From an uncultured Trueperaceae bacterium (GTDB lineage Bacteria; Deinococcota; Deinococci; Deinococcales; Trueperaceae), in contig CAWFFU010000011.1 of NCBI GenBank assembly GCA_963815215.1, positions 576,001 through 640,000 of the forward strand: a stretch of DNA of 64,000 nucleotides. The letters run 5' to 3'. Shown piece by piece: positions 50,700-58,763 of the stretch (positions are counted from its first letter, which is position 1; each line of letters begins with the position of its first letter). Both the position numbers and the translations under genes were made by a program. The notes under the pieces were generated by a model. That model saw only the letters and a list, made by a program, of their open reading frames with translations. It was not told where the DNA came from and did not search any database.

Positions 50700-51691
50700 C
50701 AGCCCACCGGGTGCCGGAAGCCGGCGGAGTAGCGGCCCGTGACGCCGTGCTCGAGCTGCCGCTCGATGTCGGCCAGCAGCGAGCTCGCTCCGATGCGGAA
50801 CAGGTCGGGCTCGAGCCAGCGCCGCCCCAGCTCCTCGCGCATCAACGCCAGCCACACCAGCACGTCCTTGGCGGTACGCATGCCCCCGGCCGGCTTGAAC
50901 CCCACGGCCACGCCGGTGCGCTCGTAGTATGCGCGGATGGCGCGCGCCATCACCAGCCCGACCGGGAGCGTCGCGTTCACGCTCTCCTTGCCGGTCGAGG
51001 TCTTCACGAAATCGGCGCCCGCCATCATCGCCACCAGGCTGGCGCGATAGACGTTGCGCAGCGTGCCAAGCTCGCCGGTGGCAAGGATGGTCTTGAGGTG
51101 CGCCTCGCCGGCCGCCTCGCGGAAAGCACGCACCTCGTCGTACAGCGCCTGCCAGTCCCCGGTGAGGACGTGACGGCGCGAGATCACGATGTCGATCTCG
51201 GCAGCACCCGCACGCACGCTGCGGGCGATCTCATCGAGGCGCGTCTCGAAGGGCGAGAGCCCCGCCGGGAAGCCGGCCGACACCGCCGCCACCGGGATCC
51301 CGCTGCCGCGCAAGGCCTCCACCGCCACCGGAACCATGTCGTGGTAGACGCACACGGCCGCCGTGGTGAGACCGGCGTCCGCCATGCCCAGCGCCTCCAG
51401 CAGGTCGCGCCTCACCGGGTGCTCCGCCTTGGCGCACAGACGCCGCACCCGTCCAGGGGTGTCGTCGCCCGACAGGGTCGTCAGGTCGATCAGGGTGATC
51501 GCCCGCAGCAGCCACGCGAGCTGCCACTGCTTCTTGACGGTACGACGGCCGGGCAACGTAGCGGCGCGCCGCTCGACCGCGCTGCGATTGACGTGGGCGT
51601 CCCGGACCCAGTCGAGCGTCAACGCCATGCCGGGGTTGCGGTCGTCGATCCCCTGCTGCGCCCGGTCCGCGGTGTCGCTTCCGATGCTCAT
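50699..51691 (-). CDS. deoC: Deoxyribose-phosphate aldolase (long, eukaryote-like DERA type)
   Basis: IDLTTLSGDDT, AAVCVY, EIDIVI, LKTILATGEL, FVKTSTGKE, GFKPAGG, RIGASSL. Confidence 0.95.
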   Translation of the reverse strand: MSIGSDTADRAQQGIDDRNPGMALTLDWVRDAHVNRSAVERRAATLPGRRTVKKQWQLAWLLRAITLIDLTTLSGDDTPGRVRRLCAKAEHPVRRDLLEALGMADAGLTTAAVCVYHDMVPVAVEALRGSGIPVAAVSAGFPAGLSPFETRLDEIARSVRAGAAEIDIVISRRHVLTGDWQALYDEVRAFREAAGEAHLKTILATGELGTLRNVYRASLVAMMAGADFVKTSTGKESVNATLPVGLVMARAIRAYYERTGVAVGFKPAGGMRTAKDVLVWLALMREELGRRWLEPDLFRIGASSLLADIERQLEHGVTGRYSAGFRHPVG

Positions 51692-51842
51692 AGTTCGCTC
51701 CCCACCCGCGTCCCGAGAACGCCGGGCAACTCCCAGCATACACGTCGTAGTCGGTCGAACCCGCGCTGGACCGGGATATGATGCGGTGGCCGCCGAGCGC
51801 GGTTGCGGCCTCCCGGCCGCCGTTCACCCGGAGGGAGTCTCC

Positions 51843-52841
51843 ATGCACCTGGCGCGGTTCCCGCGACGCCGTTACACGCCCCAGCCCACGCCGATCGAGC
51901 CGCTCGACCGGCTCAGCGAACACCTGGGCGGCCCCAACCTGTTCATCAAGCGCGACGACCAGCTCGGGCTCACGGCCGGCGGCAACAAGACCCGCAAGCT
52001 CGAGTTCCTGGTCGCCGAGGCGCTGGCACAGGGCGCCGACACCCTCATCACCACCGGCGCCGTGCAGTCCAACCACTGCCGGCTGACCCTGGCCGCCGCC
52101 GTCCACGAGGGGTTGAAGTGCCGCCTGGTGCTGGAGGAGAGGGTACCGGGCAGCTACGACCCGGGCGCCAGCGGGAACAACTTCCTGTATCGCCTGCTGG
52201 GCGTCGAGTCCATCACCGTGGTCGAGGGCGGCACCGACCTGATGGCCGCCATGCGGCGCGAGGCCGAGACGCTCGACGCCGAGGGGCGCCGCGGCTACGT
52301 CATCCCCGGCGGCGGCTCCACTCCGCTGGGCGCACTGGGGTACGTGGCCTGCGCCGAGGAGCTGCTGTCGCAGACCTTCGACATGGGCTTGCGGCTCGAC
52401 CACATCGTGAGCGCCAGCGGCAGCGGCGGAACGCACGCCGGCCTGGTGGCGGGGGTCTGGGGCGCCAACGCCAACATCCCCATCACCGGCATCAGCGTGC
52501 GGGCACAGAAGGCGGCGCAGGAGGAGCGCATCCTGACGCTGGCGCGCCGCACCGCGGAGCTCGCCGGCGTGAATGTCGAGGTACCGCCCGAGTCGGTGAC
52601 CGTGCTCGACGACTACGTGGGGCCCGGCTACTCCCTGCCCACGGACGCCATGATCGAGGCCGTGAAGCTGTTCGCCTCGCTGGAGGGCATCCTGCTCGAT
52701 CCGGTCTACACCGGCAAGGCGGCCGCGGGGCTGATCGACCTGGTGCGGCGCGGCCGCTTCGAGCGTGACGACAACGTCCTGTTCCTGCACACCGGCGGCG
52801 CCCCCGCCCTCTACGCCTACCAGGACGTACTGCTGGGATGA
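51843..52841 (+). CDS. D-cysteine desulfhydrase / D-cysteate sulfo-lyase family PLP enzyme (DcyD/CuyA-like)
   Basis: KRDD..GLT.GGNKTRKLEFL, QSNH, IPGGG, SGSGGT, LDPVYTGK, LHTGG. Confidence 0.92.
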   Translation: MHLARFPRRRYTPQPTPIEPLDRLSEHLGGPNLFIKRDDQLGLTAGGNKTRKLEFLVAEALAQGADTLITTGAVQSNHCRLTLAAAVHEGLKCRLVLEERVPGSYDPGASGNNFLYRLLGVESITVVEGGTDLMAAMRREAETLDAEGRRGYVIPGGGSTPLGALGYVACAEELLSQTFDMGLRLDHIVSASGSGGTHAGLVAGVWGANANIPITGISVRAQKAAQEERILTLARRTAELAGVNVEVPPESVTVLDDYVGPGYSLPTDAMIEAVKLFASLEGILLDPVYTGKAAAGLIDLVRRGRFERDDNVLFLHTGGAPALYAYQDVLLG

Positions 52842-53596
52842 ACGGCTCCCCCGACAGCGGGCGACGCCGGACGGTGGGGGTGCTCGGTGGACTGGGTCCC
52901 GAAGCCACCCTCGACTTCTTCGCCAAGGTGCTGCAGCGCACCCCCGCCGCGAGCGACCAGGAGCACCTGCACCTGCTGATCGACAACGACCCGTCGGTCC
53001 CCAACCGCAACGATGCGGTGGCGGGTCGAGGCCCCTCGCCGGCACCGCAGCTCGCCGCCATGGCGCGGCGCCTCGAGGGCGCCGGGGCCGACTTCCTGGT
53101 GATGGTCTGTAACGCCGCCCACGCCTTCCAGAGCGCGATCGTGGAGGCCGTCGACATACCCTTCGTCAGCATCGTCGAGGAGACGGTCGAGGCCACCCTG
53201 ACGCGCGCGCCGTCGGCACGCCGCGTCGGCGTCCTGGCGGCCGAGGGCGCCCTCGACGCCGGCCTGTACCAGCGCGCCTTCGCGGCGCGGGGGGTGACGG
53301 CGCTCGTGCCCGAGGGGGACGACCGGGCGCGGTTCATGGATGGGATGTACCGCATCAAGGCAGGCGACAAGGGCGAGGCGGTCCAGCGCGACATGCTCGG
53401 CCTGGCACGCGTCCTGCAGGGAGCCGGCGCCGAAGCGCTGGTGGCCGGCTGCACCGAGGTCCCGCTGGTGCTGACGCAGGCGGCGCTCGACGCCGCCGGG
53501 ACGGCGCTGCCGTTCGTCGCCTCGACCGACGCGCTGGTCGAGGCGACGGTGGCGCTGGCGCTGGGAGAGCGGGCCCTGCCGGGAACACGGCCGTGA
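52838..53596 (+). CDS. Aspartate/glutamate racemase family protein (candidate cysteate racemase)
   Basis: GVLGGLGPEAT, DQEH, CNAAH and GCTE catalytic Cys pair. Confidence 0.9.
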   Translation: MNGSPDSGRRRTVGVLGGLGPEATLDFFAKVLQRTPAASDQEHLHLLIDNDPSVPNRNDAVAGRGPSPAPQLAAMARRLEGAGADFLVMVCNAAHAFQSAIVEAVDIPFVSIVEETVEATLTRAPSARRVGVLAAEGALDAGLYQRAFAARGVTALVPEGDDRARFMDGMYRIKAGDKGEAVQRDMLGLARVLQGAGAEALVAGCTEVPLVLTQAALDAAGTALPFVASTDALVEATVALALGERALPGTRP

Positions 53597-54570
53597 GCCG
53601 CATCGCACACCGCAGCGCACACCGCATCGTGGTGGCGGAGTTCCTGCCGGAAGCGGCCCTGGCCCTGCTGCGCGAGGCCGGCGAGGTGGTCGGCGGGCCG
53701 GACCTGCACGCGCGCCGGCCCGAGCTGCTCGAGCTCCTCCACGACGCCGAGGCCCTGGTGGTGCGCAATCAGACGCGCGTCGACACGCATCTGCTCGAGG
53801 GCGCGCCGCGACTGCGCGTGGTCGGCCGGGTGGGCACCGGGCTCGACAACTTCGAGCTCGCCGCGCTACGCGAGCGCGGGGTGACCCTCACATACTCCCC
53901 GGGCGCCAACGCCGCCAGCGTGGCGGAGTACGTGATGGGAGCGGTGCTCACCGTCTACCGGCGCTTCGTGCCTGTGGCGGCCGCCGTGGCCGCCGGCGGT
54001 TGGGACCGCCAGGCCGCCACCGGACGCGAGTTGGTCGGCGGGGTGATGGGCATCGTGGGGCTGGGCGACATCGGCGCGCGCGTCGCTCGGCGGGCGCGCG
54101 CCTTCGGCATGACGGTCGTCGCCACCGATCCCTACCTGCACGAGGCCAGCCCTGCGGTGCAGGAGAACGGCGTCACGCTGCTCCCCCTCGAGGCGCTGCT
54201 CGAACGCTCGGACGTGGTCACGCTCCACTCACCGCTCTCCCCCGCCACCCGTCATCTGCTGGGCGAGGAGCAGCTGGCCCTCATGAGGCCCGGGTCCCTG
54301 CTCGTCAACACCGGTCGCGGCGGGTTGCTGGACGAACCGGCGCTGGCCCGCGCGCTGCGCCGCGGCCGGCCGGCCGCGGCCGTGCTCGACGTGCGCGATC
54401 CCGAGCCTCCGGGCGAGGACGACCCTCTGCGCGGGGCACCGAACCTGCTGGTGACACCCCACGTGGCGGGCGTCACCGAGCAGGCGCTCGAGCGCGGCGC
54501 CTGCCACGTGGCCCGCGACGTGGTCCGTGTCCTGTCGGGCCGACCGCCCGTCAGCGCCGTCCCTACCTAG
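53593..54570 (+). CDS. D-2-hydroxyacid dehydrogenase (SerA-like; resembles the (S)-sulfolactate dehydrogenase SlcC type)
   Basis: VAEF, ALVVRNQTRVD, GTGLDN, SVAEY, GLGDIG, NTGRG, DV..PEP, TPHVAGVT; no ACT domain. Confidence 0.85.
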   Translation: MSRIAHRSAHRIVVAEFLPEAALALLREAGEVVGGPDLHARRPELLELLHDAEALVVRNQTRVDTHLLEGAPRLRVVGRVGTGLDNFELAALRERGVTLTYSPGANAASVAEYVMGAVLTVYRRFVPVAAAVAAGGWDRQAATGRELVGGVMGIVGLGDIGARVARRARAFGMTVVATDPYLHEASPAVQENGVTLLPLEALLERSDVVTLHSPLSPATRHLLGEEQLALMRPGSLLVNTGRGGLLDEPALARALRRGRPAAAVLDVRDPEPPGEDDPLRGAPNLLVTPHVAGVTEQALERGACHVARDVVRVLSGRPPVSAVPT

Positions 54571-54651
54571 CCGGGCGCGCCGCGCTCCGCGGGTGCCCTC
54601 CGGGCGCGTCTCCCATGATTCTCAGCGCTTCCGGGCCCAGTTCTCCCCGTC

Positions 54652-54704
54652 ATGGACGCATTGCGTCCATTTCATTGACTTGCATGACGCAAAACTCCTA
54701 TGAT
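54652..54704 (+). promoter_or_regulatory. Promoter of the Lrp-ABC operon with an upstream palindrome
   Basis: Perfect palindrome ATGGACGCA-T-TGCGTCCAT (54652-54670); TTGACT (54675), 18 nt, TATGAT (54699). Confidence 0.72.
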
Positions 54705-54769
54705 GTGAGGCGCCTGAAAAGTCATGCACACGGGAGGATGGGCCTTCGCGCAAGCGGGTCCGGCCTTGG

Positions 54770-55288
54770 ATGAGAATAGGGACGTATCACCAGCTCGACC
54801 GCATCGACCAGCAGATCGTCGATCTGCTGCGCACGGACGGACGCATGCCCTACCGCGAGATCGCCCGCCGCCTGTCGGTCTCCGAGTCGATGGTGCGCAA
54901 GCGCGCCGGCAAGCTCCTGGAGTCCGGTTGGATGCGGATCCTCGCCATCAGCGACCCCCTCAAGCTAGGGGTCCCTATCGTTGCCACCACCTACGCCAGC
55001 GTCAGTCCGAACGTGCTGGAGGAGGTGACCGACGCACTGGCCCGCAATGAGGCGGTCCGCTACCTGGCCATCGGCGTAGGCAGCCGCAACCTGGTCGTCG
55101 AGTCGCTCCACGCCTCGGTCGAGGACGTGCACGCCTTCATCCAGAACGAGTTGGGAAGGGAGGGAGTCTACGAGAGCGAGACCATCCACGTGGTGAAGAT
55201 CAAGAAGAGCGTATGGGACTGGCCCATGCCGACCGAGTCCGACGACAGCGCAACGACCCCGAATCCGGAACGGAGAGACGACACATGA
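54770..55288 (+). CDS. Lrp/AsnC family transcriptional regulator
   Basis: LDRIDQQIVDLLRTDGRMPYREIARRLSVSESMVRKR. Confidence 0.92.
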   Translation: MRIGTYHQLDRIDQQIVDLLRTDGRMPYREIARRLSVSESMVRKRAGKLLESGWMRILAISDPLKLGVPIVATTYASVSPNVLEEVTDALARNEAVRYLAIGVGSRNLVVESLHASVEDVHAFIQNELGREGVYESETIHVVKIKKSVWDWPMPTESDDSATTPNPERRDDT

Positions 55289-56790
55289 AACGCTTGACCC
55301 TGACCCTCGGCCTGCTCGCGATGCTGGCCGCCGCCGGCATGGGCTTCGCCCAGAAGAGCGGTGGCACCCTGATCGCAGCCTGGGCCCAAGACCCGGTGAG
55401 CCTGGACCCGCAGGTCACCAGCGCCTACTCGAGCTTCCAGGTCCTGGAGAACGTGCTCGACACCCTGGTGGCGCTCGATCAGCAGGACAAGATCGTGCCG
55501 TCGCTGGCCACCAGCTGGGAGTCCTCGGCCGACGGCCTCACCTGGACCTTCCATCTGCGCCACGACGTCAAGTTCAGCAACGGCCGTCCGATGACGGCGC
55601 AGGACGTCGTCTACACCTACGACCGCATGCTCGACCCCAAGACCGGCTCCGGCAACGCCTACCTGCTGGCCGGCGTCGAGAAGGTCACGGCGCCCGACGA
55701 CTACACCGTGCAGTTCCAGCTCAAGGCGCCCAATGTCGCCCTGCTCGGCCATCTTGCGGTCAACAAGTCCGTCGGCATCATCGCCAAGGAGTCGGTCCAG
55801 AACGGCACCATCAAGACCCAGCCGATCGGCACCGGCCCGTTCATGATCTCCGACTTCGAACCGGGCAACAAGGTCGTGCTGAAGAAGAATCCCTACTACT
55901 GGAAGCCGGGCCTGCCCTACCTCGACGAGGTCGACATCAAGATCATCACCGACGAGTCGGTGCGGCAGACGGGCCTGCTCGCCGGTGACATCGACTGGGC
56001 CATCAGTGTGCCGCCGCAGAGCCTGGACCAGCTCCAGAACGCACAGGGCGTGGTAGTGGACAAGACCACGGCGGGCGCGTACTGGTATATCGGCGTCAAC
56101 CTCAACAACCAGTACCTCAAGAACCCCAAGGTCCGCGAGGCCATCAACTACGCCATCAACCGCAAGGACATCACCACCGCGATGACGTTCGGCACGGGCG
56201 AGCCCACCCAGGACCCCATCCCGTCGTCGAGCGCCTGGGCCTACAACTATGCCCCCTACAGCTACGACCCCGGCAAGGCCAAGCAGTTGCTGGCCGACGC
56301 CGGCTACCCCAACGGCTTCCGCATGATGATCATGCCCACCACGCAGTACCCGGAGTCGGTCCGTGGCGCCCAGGTGATCCAGCAGAATCTCGGCCAGATC
56401 GGCATCAAGGTGACCATCAAGACGCTGGAGTGGGCGCAGTGGCTGCAGGAGGAAGGCAAGGGCAACTACGACACCTACGTGTGCTCGTGGAACGGCCTCG
56501 TCGACCCCGACGACTACTTCTACGCGCAGCAGAAGACCGGCGAGGTCTTCAACTTCACGGGCTACAGCAACACCAAGGTCGATCAGCTGCTCTCCGAGGG
56601 CCGCAAGACGCAGGGCTTCGACCAGCGCAAGGCGATCTACCAGCAGGTCAACAAGATGGTGGTGGACGACGCTCCGTACATCTACATGTACAACCCCGCC
56701 AACATCAACGCCTACCGCTCCTACGTCAAGGGCTACGCTGCCCGCCCCGACCAGGCGGTGAACTTCACCCAGACCTGGCTCGACAAGTGA
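55285..56790 (+). CDS. Peptide/nickel-type (family 5) ABC substrate-binding protein
   Basis: Signal peptide ending GFAQ; SLDP, PSLATSW, KFSNG, IGTGPF, VREAINYAIN. Confidence 0.93.
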   Translation: MKRLTLTLGLLAMLAAAGMGFAQKSGGTLIAAWAQDPVSLDPQVTSAYSSFQVLENVLDTLVALDQQDKIVPSLATSWESSADGLTWTFHLRHDVKFSNGRPMTAQDVVYTYDRMLDPKTGSGNAYLLAGVEKVTAPDDYTVQFQLKAPNVALLGHLAVNKSVGIIAKESVQNGTIKTQPIGTGPFMISDFEPGNKVVLKKNPYYWKPGLPYLDEVDIKIITDESVRQTGLLAGDIDWAISVPPQSLDQLQNAQGVVVDKTTAGAYWYIGVNLNNQYLKNPKVREAINYAINRKDITTAMTFGTGEPTQDPIPSSSAWAYNYAPYSYDPGKAKQLLADAGYPNGFRMMIMPTTQYPESVRGAQVIQQNLGQIGIKVTIKTLEWAQWLQEEGKGNYDTYVCSWNGLVDPDDYFYAQQKTGEVFNFTGYSNTKVDQLLSEGRKTQGFDQRKAIYQQVNKMVVDDAPYIYMYNPANINAYRSYVKGYAARPDQAVNFTQTWLDK

Positions 56791-56825
56791 GCGCGGCTCG
56801 CTGAGCCCCGTTCCACGAGCTCCGA

Positions 56826-56853
56826 GCGGGAGGCGGCGCGGGCCGCCTCCCGC
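56826..56853 (+). terminator. Intercistronic hairpin after the SBP gene
   Basis: 12-bp stem GCGGGAGGCGGC-GCGG-GCCGCCTCCCGC. Confidence 0.6.
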
Positions 56854-56892
56854 ATCCCTTCGGGTTTCCGTTATCTTGTCTTCGAGGTACCT

Positions 56893-57843
56893 GTGAGCCT
56901 TCGCTATCTTCTGCAACGGTTGGGCACGTTGCTGCTGGTGCTGTTCGGGGTGTCGATCCTGACCTTCTCGATCATCCCGCTGGTGCCGGGCAGCCCGGCC
57001 CGCGTCACACTGGGCGTGCAGGCCACCGACGCGTCGGTGGCAGCGCTCGAGCACAGCATGGGCCTCGACCGCCCGCTCCCCGCCCAGTACTGGAGTTGGG
57101 TCACCGGAATCGTGCTGCACGGCGACTTCGGAAAGAGCTTGATCAGCGGCAAGCCGATCACGGAGCAGGTGCGCCACCGCCTGCCGGCCACCCTGATCCT
57201 GGCCTTCACCGCGCTCCTGATCGGCCTGCTCATCGCCGTCCCCAGCGGCATCGTCTCGGCCCTACGGCCCGGCAGCGCGCGCGACCTGGGGGTCTCCTTG
57301 ATGAGCCAGATCGGCGTGTCGATCCCGGACTTCTGGCTCGGTATCCTGCTCATCCTGCTCTTCGCCCAGGTCCTCCACTGGTTGCCCTCGAGCGGCTACG
57401 CCCCGCTCTCCGAAGGGCTGGGCGCCTATCTCAGGCACATCCTCCTGCCCGCCGCCACCGCCGGCGTCATCAGCGGCTCGATCATGGCGCGCTTCGTGCG
57501 CTCGGCCATGATGGAAGTGCTCGGCAACGACTACGTGCGGACGGCTCGAGCCAAGGGTCTGGACCCGCGCCGCGTCATCGGCAAGCACGTGCTCCGCAAC
57601 GCCGCCATCACCATCGTCACCATCGTCGGGCTGCAGATGGCGACGCTGCTGTCGTCGGTGGTGGTGGTGGAGATCATCTTCGCCTGGCCGGGCCTGGGCT
57701 CGATGGCCCTGACCGCCACCCTCCAGCGCGACTATCCCGTGCTACAGGCGTCGGTGCTGCTGTTCGCCACCTCCTTCGCGGTCATCAACCTGCTGACCGA
57801 CCTCTCCTACGTGCTGCTCGACCCGAGCGTGGAGTACGCATGA
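56893..57843 (+). CDS. Peptide/nickel ABC permease (DppB-like)
   Basis: GLDRPLP.QY, GDFGKS, DYVRTARAKGL, RDYPVLQ. Confidence 0.92.
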   Translation: MSLRYLLQRLGTLLLVLFGVSILTFSIIPLVPGSPARVTLGVQATDASVAALEHSMGLDRPLPAQYWSWVTGIVLHGDFGKSLISGKPITEQVRHRLPATLILAFTALLIGLLIAVPSGIVSALRPGSARDLGVSLMSQIGVSIPDFWLGILLILLFAQVLHWLPSSGYAPLSEGLGAYLRHILLPAATAGVISGSIMARFVRSAMMEVLGNDYVRTARAKGLDPRRVIGKHVLRNAAITIVTIVGLQMATLLSSVVVVEIIFAWPGLGSMALTATLQRDYPVLQASVLLFATSFAVINLLTDLSYVLLDPSVEYA

Positions 57844-57854
57844 GAGGTACACCA

Positions 57855-58745
57855 ATGAGCGACGCCGTCGTCGCCACCGCACCGGACGCCCTCGGCACCG
57901 AGGAGGCCACCGTCCGCCGCTCGCTGGTGAGGCGCGCCCTGCGCCACCCGCTGGTCGTCACCGGCAGCATCGTGGTGCTGGCGTTGGCCGTCGTCGCCGT
58001 GTTCGGCCACTGGCTCGCGCCCTTCGATCCGACCGCCATGGACTTCGCCGCGCGCTTCGCGCCGCCCTCGCTGGCACACCCCTTCGGCACCGATGATTTC
58101 GGTCGCGACGTCTTGTCACGCGTGCTCTACGGTGCGGCGGTGTCGTTCGAGGTGGCGTTCATCGCCGTCGGCATCTCCGGCACCGTGGGGGTGCTGCTCG
58201 GCCTGCTGGCCGGCTTCCTGGGGGGCTGGATCGACGAGCTGGTCATGCGCGTGATGGACATCCTGTTCGCGTTCCCCGCCGTCCTGCTGGCCATCACCGT
58301 GATGGCCATCCTGGGGCGCGGCGTGGGCAACGCCATGATCGCCATCGCCATCGTCTACATCCCCATCTTCGCGCGCGTCACGCGCGGGGCGGTCATCGGC
58401 GTGCGCGGTCGGGAGTTCGTGACCGCCGCCCGCGCCATGGGTCAGGGGCCGTGGCGGATCATGCTGAGGCACGTCCTTCCCAACGCGCTGGGGCCCATCA
58501 TCGTGCAGACCTCCCTGAGCCTCGCGTTCGCCATCCTGGCGGAAGCTGCGCTGTCGTTCTTCGGCCTCGGCACCCAACCGCCGGCGCCGAGCTGGGGACG
58601 CATGCTCTCCGAGGGACGCTCCTTCCTCCATCAGGCCCCGTGGATGGGCATCTTCCCGGGCCTGGCCATCATGGTGTCGGTACTCGGCTTCAACCTCCTC
58701 GGCGACGGCCTGCGCGACGTTCTCGATCCGCGCTCGAATCGTTGA
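57855..58745 (+). CDS. Peptide/nickel ABC permease (DppC-like)
   Basis: HPFGTDDFGRD, EAALSFFGLG, FNLLGDGLRDVLDPR; ATG 57840 is an alternative start. Confidence 0.92.
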   Translation: MSDAVVATAPDALGTEEATVRRSLVRRALRHPLVVTGSIVVLALAVVAVFGHWLAPFDPTAMDFAARFAPPSLAHPFGTDDFGRDVLSRVLYGAAVSFEVAFIAVGISGTVGVLLGLLAGFLGGWIDELVMRVMDILFAFPAVLLAITVMAILGRGVGNAMIAIAIVYIPIFARVTRGAVIGVRGREFVTAARAMGQGPWRIMLRHVLPNALGPIIVQTSLSLAFAILAEAALSFFGLGTQPPAPSWGRMLSEGRSFLHQAPWMGIFPGLAIMVSVLGFNLLGDGLRDVLDPRSNR

Positions 58746-58763
58746 GAGCGCCGCGGTGACGCC

